Below are positions 36,001 to 50,400 of a stretch of DNA of 64,000 nt, piece by piece; the first letter of the stretch is position 1, and every line of letters starts with the position of its first letter. The stretch comes from Tubulanus polymorphus. Taxonomy: Eukaryota; Animalia; Nemertea. The translations under genes and the position numbers were made by a program. The stretch spans positions 310,001 to 374,000 of the forward strand of contig NC_134025.1 of NCBI RefSeq assembly GCF_964204645.1, read 5' to 3'. Below the pieces are notes generated by a model. The model was not told the DNA's origin. It did not search any database and saw only the letters and a list, made by a program, of their open reading frames with translations.

Positions 36001-39000
36001 AAGTAAATCTAAACACTTTCTTGTATTACATGCATAAGTTCCAAATACATTTATCAATAGAAAAGACAAACGGTTAAAGTTAACAGTGGGATTAGATTCA
36101 GAAAAATACGAACCTTTTTAATGGTTTTCAGGTCTTTCGCATCCTCTCTCAAAATCCCTGGTAATACGTGAAGCTCTGCTGTTCTCATCATATCTAAAAA
36201 CAAGTGAATATGTAGATTGAAAATGATTATCTTCTATCAAAATACAGTCACACAGTAAAGGCTCATTGAGTCAAGATTTACTAACTTATTTCTGCAATTT
36301 CGCTACTTCGAAGGAAGGAAGCGACACGATTGCCAAATGTACAGACTTCGTACATTTCTTTAATTCTTTCCGCCTTAGGTCCGAGATTGGAAAACATCTT
36401 TTGCACAGCGGTCTCACAATATGGTCAACTTCCATGGAACAATTTCTATAATACAAAAGTAATGGGAAAGTTTTAAATAATAATTATGGCTGATCCGATT
36501 CCGAGTCACTCCGGCTTTATGGCCTATATTTCATATATTTCAAATATCACAAATGTTATATACATTCATTGAATACTACTTACCAGAATTAATTCACATT
36601 TCCAAGCTCCAGATATTCATCTTACAAAACAACGAAAAGAACGAGTCGATATACTATATGCACTATGCACTGAGCGTATGGGCGGCCATTCCCGCCAAAA
36701 ATCAGCGTTTCGTCTATTTGTCTGTACTTTGACAAAATGTCATAGTACACCGCCAAAATGTGTAAGCGTAACGTCAAATTGTGTAATGCGGCTAAATAAC
36801 ACAGGGGGCGACACTGTACGGACAGTATTTTGCGGTATTTTTCTCGCTTTGCGATCATCTCAAGGTCGTCTCATTGAAATAATTTTGCGAGTATCAAATC
36901 GACAAATCGTATCATATTCCCTAAACCCAATAAAATGAATTTATTATTACTTTATTAGTTAACTCGGAACTCATAAACTCACGATGTCGTCTCAGGTATG
37001 GAGGCCCTATATGGAAGCCCTGAGACGACACCTTGGGTTCATGAGTTCCCAAGTTCATAACTTCCAGAGTTTATGATATTTCTTCACCCAGCACTGGCAG
37101 TGGTTGTCTCCACCAGTGATGTCCGTCGCTCTACGATCCTAGTGTAACCAACTGTGGTACAACTGTGGTACATCAGACACTAAGATTCTTGGTGAAGATA
37201 TTTCGAGTTTATTTGGGCATGTACAACACTATGAAATTATGCGACATAAAGAATCCTATTATAAGGATGTTAAATCCGATTACGTCATGAATTAACTAAA
37301 AAAATGATGTCCAGCATCAACCAAGACTGGTTGACTGTGCCCAATTCTGCACTGGCAGTCATATGAAGTCGACCGGCAACCAGTCTATCATCAGACATCA
37401 GCTTTCCTAATGGTTTATAGAAAATAAATAGATGTTTAAAAATTTCTCATAACGAGCGTTTGTTATCTTTTTCATCATTAAAACCTGAGCAGATTCATCG
37501 AGAGTCACCGGTTAATCGGAGTCACCCTTCTCTCTAGCCCGCGCACAGAAAATCCGAGCTACCTACCAGAGGAGGAACGGAGGCGCCCTTCAACATACCA
37601 TTAATCGCTGGTTATTCAGTGTCGTCTGAGCCTGAGACGCGGGTCTTTGATAGAGCATCGTGTTTACATTCGACGTTTCGGTATCGCAGGCTTATTTCAT
37701 TAGACGAACTCATGAACTTGAGAACTCAGGAAGTTATGAACTCGGAACTCATGAACTCAAGATGTCGTCTCAGGGCTTCCATAGGTTTACGGCAAAGTAT
37801 TTACTTCCGCTATTTTACCGTACATTATTACTATATATTATAGTATTAACAAACTAAAGTAACAATAAAATCATTTTATTGGGTTTGGGGAATATGATAC
37901 GATTTGTCGATTTGATACTCGCAAAATTATTTCAATAAAACGACCTTGAGATGATCGCAATGCGAGAAAAATACCGCAAAATACTGTCCGTACAGTGTCG
38001 CCCTCCTGTGTTATTTAGCCGCATTACACAATTTGACGTTACGCTAACACATTTTGGCGGTGTACTATGACATTTTGTCGAAGTACAGAAAAATAGACGA
38101 AACGCTGATTTTTGGCGGGAATGGCCGCCCATATGAGCGAAGTTTGTATGAGTCGTGGTGGCAGATAATTATACAACAGTTAGTTGTATAGTGCATGAAC
38201 AAAGGAATAATTGCCTGATCATGTACACATGGCCCTATAGGCACGAAACTACAATAGCATGATATACTTATTAGGCCCAAAGCATTACGTTACTTTGAAT
38301 TTCCACTATACTCTATGTTTTTATTCAACAAAAAATGTACAATGACTTCGACTGAATGTTTTGATAGAAATTTAGCCGAAAATACACACAATTCTCATTT
38401 TTGAGTTGCATTAGAACTTTGAATTTACTATTTCTTTTTAAACTGTACAGTCCATTCAGAAACGCCTAGAGTTTAGAAGAGTTTAATTGTTTTTTTAAAG
38501 CATTAAAAAGCATTGTTCGTTTCTCTGCCGTCTCTCCATAAAACCTAGTCGATGTCTCAGACTAGCAAATCCAGTTATTCAGTCTCTACATATAATTATC
38601 ACACATTAAAGGCGTTCAACACACATTTTAAACATACGACTTTTTAAATCTTAAAGGACGAATTAAAATAAAGGTTCATTAATTTAAAAAATGCATCCTT
38701 GTCGCACACGGTCACCAATTTTTAGATATTGTGATGATACATAGTAAATTGTTTTCAAAGTTAACCCAATTCTAGTTTCCAGTCAAAATGTTTTGTATAT
38801 AACCTACACCACATAGAAAATCAGTTATATTCATCAGCTATACTAATTATTCCCTGTTGCAGGTCTACTTAATTCTTAATTGACAATTGTGACCACTTTA
38901 GGGTTCTTATAAGAACCCTTATGTCTCGAAGAACCCCAATCTGCATTCCATATTGTTGAAGCACCTTAAAGCCTCAACAAGAACCGCAAGGTTCTTCGAA

Positions 39001-42000
39001 GAACCCCCGAAGAACCATTTGTTCTAAGAGTGCAGTACGGACTATAGGTTACAGAATGGCTGTATGATGTTCACTAAATTCCTATCAGATTCTGGATCTG
39101 ATGACTCAAATGCAAAATAGACTTAATTCAATTGTTTGCTATATTAGATTGACGATTTAAGCATGACGATATTAGATTTTGAAGGAAATGAGATGTTTAA
39201 TTGATTAGCATCTGTGGGGAATAAATAACAGGATCTAAACACAATTAACAATGACCGGAATTCAAACCGCTGGTAAAAAACCCCGATACATCTGAATCAC
39301 TATTGGTCTATGTTTTGGCGCTAGAGGTTAGTGTGCTCGGCTGGCATACCGGAGGTTCTGAGATCGAAACCAATCTAGGCTTCGGGTTCACCTAAGGTAA
39401 GGGTTAATGGCTGCATTGGTTAACCCTTGGGTTATTTTTAGCGGCGGCTGGTCGTGGTGTTTTTTTTTCTTTTGTGAATAGAATCACCACACCTGACTGG
39501 TCACCACAGAAAGATGGTCACTACTCAGACCATATATATAGTCGTTACCTGCTGATCCACTAAAACCGCTGATATACTGACGTCTTTTATCGTAATCAGC
39601 CGTGTATTCACTCTACAAATTACACAAATACAAACAATTATCAGATATATATCATAATACCTGAATTATCTCGTATAGAAACCACAATTCATTTCAACTC
39701 AACAGTCAAAATCTTTATTCCAAACTGTCATGCGGCCAACATTAATTCATTTTCAATTAGTTAACATTAAAATCGAATCTGTGGAAGTGGGGGTCCTGAA
39801 TTATAATTACCTGATGAGCATCCTCTGAAGGTATAATGTAGGCTTCTATAGGCCCATTTTTGTTCATTAATCCATTATTTGACATGGCGCGCCGGAGTGA
39901 ATCTAATCTATCACGTGTATCGACTTCAGTCGCTGGTGCCGTGTGGTACTGCGTTAATAAATACGATATCAAATCACTTTTGAGCAATATCTCAAATAAA
40001 GAGATATTTATATTCAAAATACAGAGATATTTGTTACATTTAAACACAAAATATCTAAGCATATTTCAATTAATGTAGATTGTTGAATGTAAATCTAATC
40101 AGGGCCACGCGCAGTCATCGCTTTAGATAGTTAAGACTCCTGATTCCATAGCCGATAAAACAATTAAGCACGACTTATGGAAGTCACAATTTTGCAGCTA
40201 AATCCTGGTTCCACGGGTAAGAGTTATCACTGGGAACTGAATTAGTTCATCAAATCTTAACCCCTGTGGAACTAGGTCCAGGTGGCGCTCTGGCCCTGGA
40301 CAGAAATCTATATCAAGTTATTGTTTAAGACTTCTATTTCTTCATTTGAATAAATACAGAAGGTAATTGTAATTGTAAATGTAAATTTGTGGTCGACTAT
40401 TCCACTCGTTATGCGAAACGTTACATGAATATTCAATCAGCCGAGTACAGTATAATCAGTGAGTAAGAGATTGATTGAAATAACCTCATTTACCATAAAC
40501 CCCGTAATTTATTAATTACTCTCAATTAGGACAAAAAGAATCGTGATCAATCGTATATTAATTGAATTAGACATAAAACAAACCCTTACGACCCTAAAAC
40601 ACTCAATATGCGTCTCAAACTGCAGTATATTGTACAATATTTGTAGATCACAGTTCACAAAAAGAACTATAATTTATTGGTGGAAAATAATCACGCAATA
40701 GAAAGCACTGAATAAATGTGATATAAAATGCTGGCAGTCCGAAATGTTTACAGGATTAGTCTCTTTGTGTGCTGCTGGATTGTAATAACATCTTAATGGA
40801 GATTACTGTTAGGATAAAGTCGAATATTTGTTGAACTATATTTTTCATTCTTAGTGTTCGGAGAAATTATAACATCTCATTACAACCGATCGACTCAAAT
40901 TTATGGAAACACTACAGAATTCATTATTCACAAATTGACACATTTTGTGCGACATGGCCTCCTTGATTATCATTTTTATATTTTTGACTTAGGTATTTTG
41001 GTTATTTTTAATTTTGTATACGGTAGATTTTGATCGTAGGAGCTGCATAACTTACACTGGTGATATTGGTACATTTAGTTCTATCTGCGGCTGAATGAGC
41101 CCAGGAGGGAGGAGCAGCATTCCGTCGAGATCGTGTATGATCGTCAGACGATAATGACGTCACATCAATCTCAGCATCAATCTCATTATTCTCTCTCAAC
41201 ACGTCTCCGAATACAATACTACCTAAAATACAATAAACACTGATTGTACCTCCCTCGTTTCCCCTCAACAAGGACCCTCATCGACTGTATATACCCCACA
41301 CCTCAGGATCCATCGACTAAACACCCACCCACGACCTCCCGGCAGAGACCACGGACATATAAAATCTAGCATTCTGGTCTACCTGTCTATCAGGCCTATT
41401 GCAACCACCCAATCTCTCTGGTACCCCAATCTACCCTCACCCCCATATACATCTACCAGTGTAGTCTAACCCCCTGTTACCCCCTGTGACCCCCATCTTC
41501 CCGGACCTCCTGTTGCCAGTATAACAATCTCCGGCATAACAAGTTGTTATGCGTATCTATTTATAGATAAGAAAATGTAATATTTACAAATATAAACACG
41601 GCATCTGAACAGGTGTTTCCAGTTTTTTTGTTCAGTGGTGGTTACTGAGTGTAAGATGTAAAACACGAAATATTGTAAATTTGGAGAAATTAATTTACGA
41701 AAACTATTTGTATTGATACATCGAAATGATAAAATTATATCATTATATTTCTAGAATAATATATAGAACAAATAGAGGACCCCGCGCGCGGTTCTGTGTG
41801 CATTGAATTTATTTCTGTCTGTTGCCCTAATCTTTATATCCATAAAATCTATTGTAATCATCACTCTATCAAAACAGCATCGATATTTCTAGAATTGTAT
41901 TAAACTTTCATAATTCAAGAAAGCTCGTTTGGAATTTTCAATATTCTGTTGAAAATTTTGCAAGCGTAGAATAATTTATTCATTCTTCTAACGGTTTTAA

Positions 42001-42065
42001 ATGTTTAATGATGTACCTGATAAAATAAGTGAGATCGAGATTATCCAAACTGGAGGCACCATCAT
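30081..42065 (-). CDS. XPNPEP2: Xaa-Pro aminopeptidase (M24B), copy B; same exon structure, canonical [13 protein letters not shown]
   Basis: Colinear with copy A; the splice sites I checked are intact; 3.9-kb transposon in intron 4. Confidence 0.9.
35149..39032. mobile_element. Non-autonomous CACTA/EnSpm-type DNA transposon (~3.9 kb)
   Basis: TIRs CACTCTTAAAACAAAGGGTTCT / AGAACCATTTGTTCTAAGAGTG; many subterminal GGTTCT/AGAACC repeats; empty site in copy A (~25281); imperfect CA target duplication. Confidence 0.85.
36677..38133. mobile_element. Nested IS3EU-like non-autonomous element with long TIRs
   Basis: Termini TATGGGCGGCCATTCCCGCC...GGCGGGAATGGCCGCCCATA; ~300+ bp inverted arms; perfect 6-bp TSD TGAGCG (36671-76 / 38134-39). 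Confidence 0.8.
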
Positions 42066-43440
42066 CCGTCCAGAGGCAGCGGTGGCAGGCGACCGAAGTA
42101 TAACTACACCAGAAACGAACTGTTAGAACACAATGTAGCTATTGTAGCTATTGTTCTTTCACTCTCTCTCTCTCACTCGCGGCGGCGGCGGCAGTTTGTG
42201 GTATTTTAATCGTCTATACACGACATACCAATAACATATGTAAGAAATTAACCCTCATAGAATCTTACTTTCATTCAATTCAATGTCGTCGTTGTCGAAT
42301 ATTTTCTATCGAGGTGAAGTTTGACCCTTGTTGAGAGATCGGGTTGTGATTCTCAGGTCATTTATATTACGATAAACTTTATCATCGATAAATCCATTTA
42401 ACACGTGATAATCCAATAGTTTTCTTAACCGAAAATACATTAATCTTCACTTGATTACAACATATCAGATCCCACTTTAACCAATCAGGAACAAGCTGCA
42501 CAACACCAAACTCCGATCTGTGAGATCTCGATTTATATTGATTCATATCGCATTCTATTCATCTCCTCGTCTATAGTTTTATTACACTCTTCATTGTCTG
42601 TGGATGAGATATCTGCGCCTCGTGTATGACATATACATGATAGTGCGATCATTCAAATTATGGTCATTTTATGACTTGTTAGTTTAAGTACACAGATAAC
42701 GTTTTGTAGAAGTTCACGTAGTTCATATTGCAGCGAGATTGATAGAGATACATTTCATGAATGATGTAATTCAAATCTATATGGGGTTTAGATCTACAGG
42801 ATCAAGTTCCACAGTTCTCAGGAACTCTAAGAGTCCTCGGAAATGTTAACTGATTCTAACTGTATTCAAACTTACAACTGTGGAAGTGCGTACAATTCAA
42901 ATTATTTGCTGCTTCAAATATATTGAAACTAGGTAATAAGTGTAAAGAAAAATCCTCACAGCGATTTTTTCTTCAAGATATTCACTCGCTTTGTCCGAGA
43001 ATTAAGATTGTTAAGATTGCACAAACTTAGTACGAAGTCACGTTAGTCAACCTTGACCTTCTGCTTCGGTTAGCCGCCTAAATGACGTCACGTGCTGGCG
43101 TCCAATCATCCGTCGCGATGGTCGGTCATTCCTCTAACGTAATGTATAACGGCGTAAAATAAACAAAAAAACCAAACATGAATCTTTGTTTTACTACAAA
43201 CGTGCGGAAGAATTTATTGAAAAGATTTAATAAGAATAACATATTGGAATGATTAGTACATAAATCTATATACTAAAAATAACAAAGAGCAGAGATATAA
43301 TAACAATCATCATTTCAAATATATGTCAACATGTTCGCTGTTACAAAATACTGAGTGAAAGATTTAGAGACAAGATTTAGACTTTTGATGAAACGCATTG
43401 AGTTCGCTATTGATAATTCAAAATCCTACAAATTCTTAGT

Positions 43441-43520
43441 ATTACTGAAGACATTAGGATTATAGTCGAAACGTTAAATGAACTGCACTAGCTCAAGGAA
43501 ACATTTCTTATCGCGGATTT
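43441..43520 (+). mobile_element. Best-preserved Penelope-type hammerhead-like repeat copy
   Basis: CTGAAGAC..GTCGAAACGTT followed by the family tail CTCAAGGAAACATTTC. Confidence 0.5.
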
Positions 43521-44486
43521 TAAAATTAAACTCTTAAACCTTTTGGGGTACCAGATATCTGTATACATAAACTCTAAATCATAATGTCATCACTTTTTGA
43601 GATTCTTTTTGAAAACTTTCATTAATTAGTAAAATTTCATAAATAATTTCCATCCCTCTGAAACTCCTGAATACAATGCGCATTATGAGAAAACATTTTT
43701 GATCTTAGTCTTATGTACAAAATTTAAAAAGTTTAAATCTTTTAAAGTCCCGTCAGCTGCTTACGTGTTAAAGCTTTTGTAAATTATGTAAAAGTCATGG
43801 AAATCGTATTTACAAACAGAATAACTAAAATCAAATGTAATTCTAATGTATGAAACATTTAATAATACAAGAAATATAAAATACAATATTTTGATTTTTA
43901 GGAAGACAATAAAATATTGGATGAGAAAATTCATTTTTTCCTATACATGTGTAAGGAGAATCCCAGAGTCTATTTACACAAAAAAACATAAAATTGTTTA
44001 TAATCATATCATGCTATATCTTATATATCATTTGTTTTGTTAATATTCACGAAAACTTTAGAGATGAAAATTTCATCTAAATTTCATGACACGAAAAACT
44101 TCAGAGAAAATGCAAAAGAATTGAACACAGGATAAAAATTCACACATTTTGAAAGAGAACATGTCAAAGAATTGAACACAAGATAGAAATTAACACATTT
44201 TGACTGAAGAGAAAATGCTATATAATTTTTGATAAATACTTTTACGATACCTGTAAATAGAGCGACTTGAAACAAAGACTGACAACATTGAAGATTTATA
44301 AACTAAAATTTGTTAAATCTGACATTTCAGGAGGTGAAACACCTCGAACCGACTGTTCACAGTTTTATCAAATCTTCAATATTGCAAGTCTTGCTACATA
44401 TACTGGCACAAGCTTCAATTCATTTCAACTTTAAACAACATTCAGTTGAATTTGTAAGAGTTTGTCAATCATTAGCTGATGATTAA

Positions 44487-47400
44487 TTACGCGTTAACGT
44501 GAATATGATCAGGATCATAAACTAGATTCTGTCTAGACTGATGACCTGAACCTCCCGGAGATTCTGCTAGTATAGTTGTAGTTGATTTACTATCCAGACC
44601 GGTACTGCGTTTCAGACTCAAACTATCCGTGCGTCCGTTTGGCCTCAAGTCCGGATTGGAATAAGTGGGGTTCTCAAGGATAGTGCGTCGTAGGGTCTTC
44701 CGTTTCTGAAATACCAAAAATTCACGAATCTTTAGCGGGTTTTATGAAATTGTTTAAAAAACATTTTTGACCTATTTCTGCACATCATTAAGGCGAAGGT
44801 GACACATTTAAAAAATAGATTTTCAGATCATCAAATTTCTTAAAGATTTTATCATTTTTTTTCAGGTATTAATTTCATGATAAATGCAGGCAATTACAAC
44901 AACCACCACTTTAACAGAAATAAAGAACCAGAAAAGCCATGCATAGAACTATAATCCGCTCAACACATTCCCGTCATGTTTATCTCATTGTTACATATTT
45001 CAACTGATTTAAATGAAATATGAAACTAAATTGAAATTTACATCCAAAATCGCATGCTTTACACATTTCATTCAAAGCCATGATAAATAGAATATTGATT
45101 AGAAACATTCGGATTAATTTGTTATTTGAACTGATTCTCCAGTAATACATGAAGCTATTATAGGATTGTTAGAATGAAACCCTCAATAATAATGACCTAT
45201 GTGAACCCACTACCATGTTTTAGATAGGTTTAGAGTGTCATAGTTAAACCTGGACAGTGTACTGCAGGTGTGCACGTTAGTTAGTATAAAGCTTCCCAAT
45301 CCAATGTTGAAACTTTATATTTTTACCGTAACGGTTTTTGTTTTTGCCAAGGATTACTGTGTTGCGGTCTAGGATTACTGTGTTGCGGTCTATCGGATTT
45401 AGGATAATGATATTTTCTATATTGAGACAGTTCTTCACGTATTTGTGAAAACGTAGATCTGCGACATTTACGAACCTAAAACCATTCATAATATGATCAA
45501 TAAAATTATCATCAGTCACAGTATCTTGAGCTGTTCATGAAGTATTCTACACATCCATGAGTTAGTACGCGGTCCAAAATTGACCGGGTATCAAAAATCC
45601 TCAATCTGAGTGATAACCACCATAGTAACAATGAGAAACCACGGTAATAACCAACAATTTTCAAAGTTGTTCTCAGGATTATTTTGGCCGCACATCTATG
45701 AAACACAGTCCTGGTAGATTTTTGTGTAGTATCTACTTAATGAACTAACTCGAACCCAACTGATAAAATCAGCAGTAAATCATATGAACTCAATCAGAAT
45801 CCTGTAAAATAAACAGTTCTTAATTGACATACACTGACATGCTGAAATAAGAGAGAGAGACACCGCGAACCAGTTACAAAATTTGGTTCTACTTTTTATA
45901 CATGGACAAAAAACCTAATGATTTAAAAGTACAGAGGAACCTTATTACAACGACCTCAGACATAACCAATTATCTGTTTTTACAAACATAGAATTTCATC
46001 CCAAATAGGATAATTTCATACTGTATATAGAACTATCAGTTATATTGAACAGATTTTCTGGTGCTTGAAGTTTGTTGTATCGAGGTTCCGCTATAATACA
46101 GGCCTGAATGTAAATCATTGCGGTCTTTATTTTACTTTGACGGAGAATAAATTGAAATCTTATCTTTCAATTAGAAATACGCACATGTAGCTGATGAAAT
46201 AGAAAGAAGAGAGAGGAGAGAGAGAGAGAAATAGAGAGAGATAGAGAAGGAATGAGAAAGAAATGCGCGCACAATATCAATATTGATAGAAAGGGGAGAG
46301 AAAATGTGCACTAAATTTTCATGAGCCAAAAAACACCAGAAAATTCAATCAAATTCAATTAAAAATGTATTGGTTCCAAAAGTTATTTTTATGATAAATT
46401 ACGGAGATATTTCATCAGTAGATTTACTGTATTTATTTCTAAAGAATAAAGGGTTTGAACTGACCTCAATATTCCCGCGCCAGCGGTCAGCTGCGTTCCT
46501 AGCTAACTCCAACTCCTTCTCTTTCATACCGCGATGTCTTTTATACGCGATCTCAATAAATATCAGAAAAACACCGGCAATAATTCCACCAGCGACCAAC
46601 ATAAATACACCTGTAATTAACAGTAGATACTAAATAAAGCTGCAAGGCAGCGATAACGGGTTTTCTGCAGCACAGCCCTGGGTCAGTTGCACAGACGTGG
46701 CTAAGATTTAAGACCGGGGACTGGTTCCAAAGTCAGGGCTTAAACTTAAGACAATTCTGAGACAAACTTAGTTCTATAGCCAATCTAACAACTTAAGACC
46801 AGTGTTTACATGTTTTAACAAGTTTTTTTTGGATTTAAGTCATGACTGTGCAACTTCTGCAACTGAGCTGAAGGTATATTTACGTGTATGCCTTATTCTG
46901 GCAGTACGACCGATAGAAAGAGTGATCACGAACCTGCCATGTTAGTAAGACCCAGCGTAGCAGGAGATTGATCCCCTTCTTTACACTCCTGACTCGTCGG
47001 TTCAACTAGAATCCATTTTGTATCCAATTTCTCCATACTTCCTCCTGATAAAACAGAACAAATACATCGTATCAAATACTACATTTACTCATTTCAATTA
47101 ATCGAATTGAATACATTATTTGATTACAATTTTTGTACCCCCCCCCCTCTAGTTTTCTCTGCCTTAAATTTGTTAGTTTGTTTATGATATTCTTGATTAT
47201 CTTTACAACACTTACAATAGTTACAATGTCAAACACACTGTATTACATTGTATTTATTGTATAACTTACGTTCATGCATGTTCAGTATTTTCAGAGATAT
47301 TCTATTCACCCACGGACTCTTCCTGCGTAAACCTATCCCAAATCCAGATCTACCGAATAATTCTCCGACCGTCACCAAATCACAATCTTTAGACGCTTCG

Positions 47401-50400
47401 TATTCAAGGCGAGTTGAGTCCCAAATAAATGCATTCAGTTTCCTATTAAAACATACGCAATATTTCAATAACTTCCACGACCGAGTTCAATATTTCTCGG
47501 TTTCCAATGACTCTGGAGTCCATCTTAACCAAAAACTATTGAATTAAGGATCTTCGATCCAGTTTCATCGTTATTGGTTATGATTGGACTCCAAAGAGCA
47601 TATTTGAAATGAACTAATTCTAACTTGACAAAAGTCAAGCTAAATCCTGAGGAACTGGATGTCGCTGGATTCTGGACACCCTGAATGAGTTCATACTCGA
47701 GACCAACCAGTTCCATTCAGTTGACATTTGACTTTAAGGTTAAAACATAAGAAACATGGGATCTAGAAACTGACCGATAAAACAATCATGAATTAAAAAT
47801 TATTTACTTCTTTTTCACTTTTTGTATTGCTTCCTCAGGTGTATTAGAGTTAAACTCTTCCATTGTGCGATACATTGTAGATAATTCGACTCTGTGTTTG
47901 AAATAAGCTAAAACTGAACTCCCTCTTACAGAACCATACGTGAAATCTTTCTGCGGATTCCTCAACTTTAACGAGAAAATAAAATCGTTGTTTACTTCAT
48001 GAAGAAAATAAAATCATTGTTTACTTCACAAAAAAAATAAAATCATTGTTTGCTTCATAAAGAAAATAAAATCATTGTTTTACTTAATAAAGAAAATAAA
48101 ATCATTGTTTACTTCATTAAGAAAATAAAATCATTGTTTACTTCATAAAGAAAATAAAATCATTGTTTACTTCATAAAGAAAATAAAATCATTGTTTTAC
48201 TTCACATTCTCGTTGATTGAGGGAATTAATGAAAGATCGATTGAATAGAAATCTTACACGAGCGTCATCGATACCAGTTATAGAAGCTTCAGGTCGATCC
48301 AATACGAGAAAAGCCGCTAAATTAGCCGTATAAGATGCTACAATAATCATAGCGAATCCAGCCCAAACCATTCCTAAAACACGAGCGCTGAAACTTCTAG
48401 GAGTTCCTGTATAAATAAATCAATATCTATTATATACATATAGAATGATCTAACAGTTTAAATGTGTTGTGATAGTTACATACCTTCTCCTATCCCACTA
48501 TTGAGAAGTACTCCCCAAGCAAACCACATCGCGCTCGATAAATTCAACGCATCTTCTTCCGTGTCACTGTTCTTAGCTAGTTTAAATCGACCGAACGGAC
48601 TGAATCTATCCAATAAATACAACACCAGCGCCACCACGTGGACCGATAGACCAACTAGAATCCAAAGCGTATCTTGGAACGGTTGAAGAAATGACCCAAG
48701 ACTGGAATTTTTTTCTTGCTGAAAATGAAACGGAATATACAAATTAGAAACGAATTTGAATCACCGTAGAAGTGTGAGCTTTATTCGTCAAGTTTTGTTA
48801 CCTTTTTAACTAAAATCGTTAAACCTTGATATTTGAATGGTTTAGTGAATTCCACAACTAGCGCTCGATCAGGATCTATAGTTAACGGAGCGATTATCAA
48901 ATCAGCTTGATTATTCAATATCTCGGCGATCATTCCATTCCATTGTTTACCAGAACTTCCATTCCTCTGAGATAGAAATAATAAATTAACGCATGATGGA
49001 AGCTCAAAGTGACACGAGGTTCGAGTATTTACCACTTCATAAGATCCGTATTGACCATCAGCAACAAGATGGACGTCATACGTAAAGTTTTCTGATGCTG
49101 CTATTTCCTTTAACATACTCATACAATATCCTTTACAACAATACGGAGTTTCATTATCTATAAACACAATAATATACATTCATTATACAGAATGGAGCGT
49201 ACACTCTGACCTGGGGTTTATAACCAACTATATACCAAATTCAAAAAGGTTAAAAATGAATTCTATTTATCAAATAACTAACGACAATGATCTCTAGAGA
49301 GAATCCAGAAGTCTTATGTTATAAATTGTTGGGTTTTACTGTCTCTATCAATATCTCTGTTTACGTTATATAACGCAGTATGATTTCGAGGGGTTTTTGA
49401 ACCTGATGGCATTGTGAACCTCAGCCGTGGCACAAACCCCTACCTGATCAGTTCACAGTTACATGTACAGCTTAGCCGCCCTGACAACGTGTGGTGCTAA
49501 ACAGTACTGTTACGTGTCTATGAATGCGGGCTCATCAGTCAGTGGTTCATGTCATGGTGGTCTCACGATGCCATCAGATTTGAATTTGTACCGATGAACT
49601 TACCGGGTTCAGTGCTGTTCGGCCACGGACAATAAATCTCATCATCTACGTCACAATCCTCTTCACTTTCAACTTTACGAGCGAACACAAACGGTATACT
49701 GTGAATTGTTACAACTCTTAAATGCATCGACATTCGATATCCTTCAGGTTTAGTCGTCTGATTACCGGGCCACAATATTCTACTATTGTCTATACTCAAT
49801 AGCGAACCGGTTTCCTACAATACAATATAATATTAATCATATGAGTTTATCATGTTATAGTTTATGTTGTTATTAACATAGAATTTGACTACAGTCAATG
49901 AGTATCTATTTCTAGTAGCGTTTGATCATCACTGCTTACTCTAAATCTAATAAAGCAGCTACATATAAATCTATTGACCACTGGTGAGCCCAGAGCTGGT
50001 CAGACTCAGGGCTATCACTGGACAGTGGTCAACAGCAAGTCAGACCCAGGGCTATCACTGGACAGTGGCCCAGAGCTGGTCAGACTCAGGGCTATCACTG
50101 GACAGTGGTCAACAGCCAGTCAGACCCAGGGCTATCACTGGACAGTGGTCAACAGCCAGTCAGACTCAGGGCTATCACTGGACAGTGGTCAACAGCCAGT
50201 CAGACTCATTGCTCCAACTGGACAGTGGTCAAGAGCTGGTCAGACTCATGGCTCCAACTGGACAGTGGTCAACAGCCAGTCAGACCCAGGGCTACCACTG
50301 GACAGTGGTCAAGAGCCGGTCAGACCCAGGGCTCCAACTGGACAGTGGTCAAGAGCTGGTCATACTCAGGGCTATCACTGGATAGTGGTCAACAGCCAGT

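Larger units (their letters stand above)
19698..43087. repeat. Tandem segmental duplication: copy A ~19698-29714, copy B 29715-43087
   Basis: Near-identical colinear sequence including introns; junction AAATGACG|CCATGGACCTC at 29714/29715; copy B ends at AATGACG 43087. Confidence 0.95.

Noticed and set aside
45277-45706. Minus-strand ORFs in the last GRIN1 intron as a long alternative tail
   Set aside because: No in-frame acceptor found linking them to exon 16; no recognisable homology
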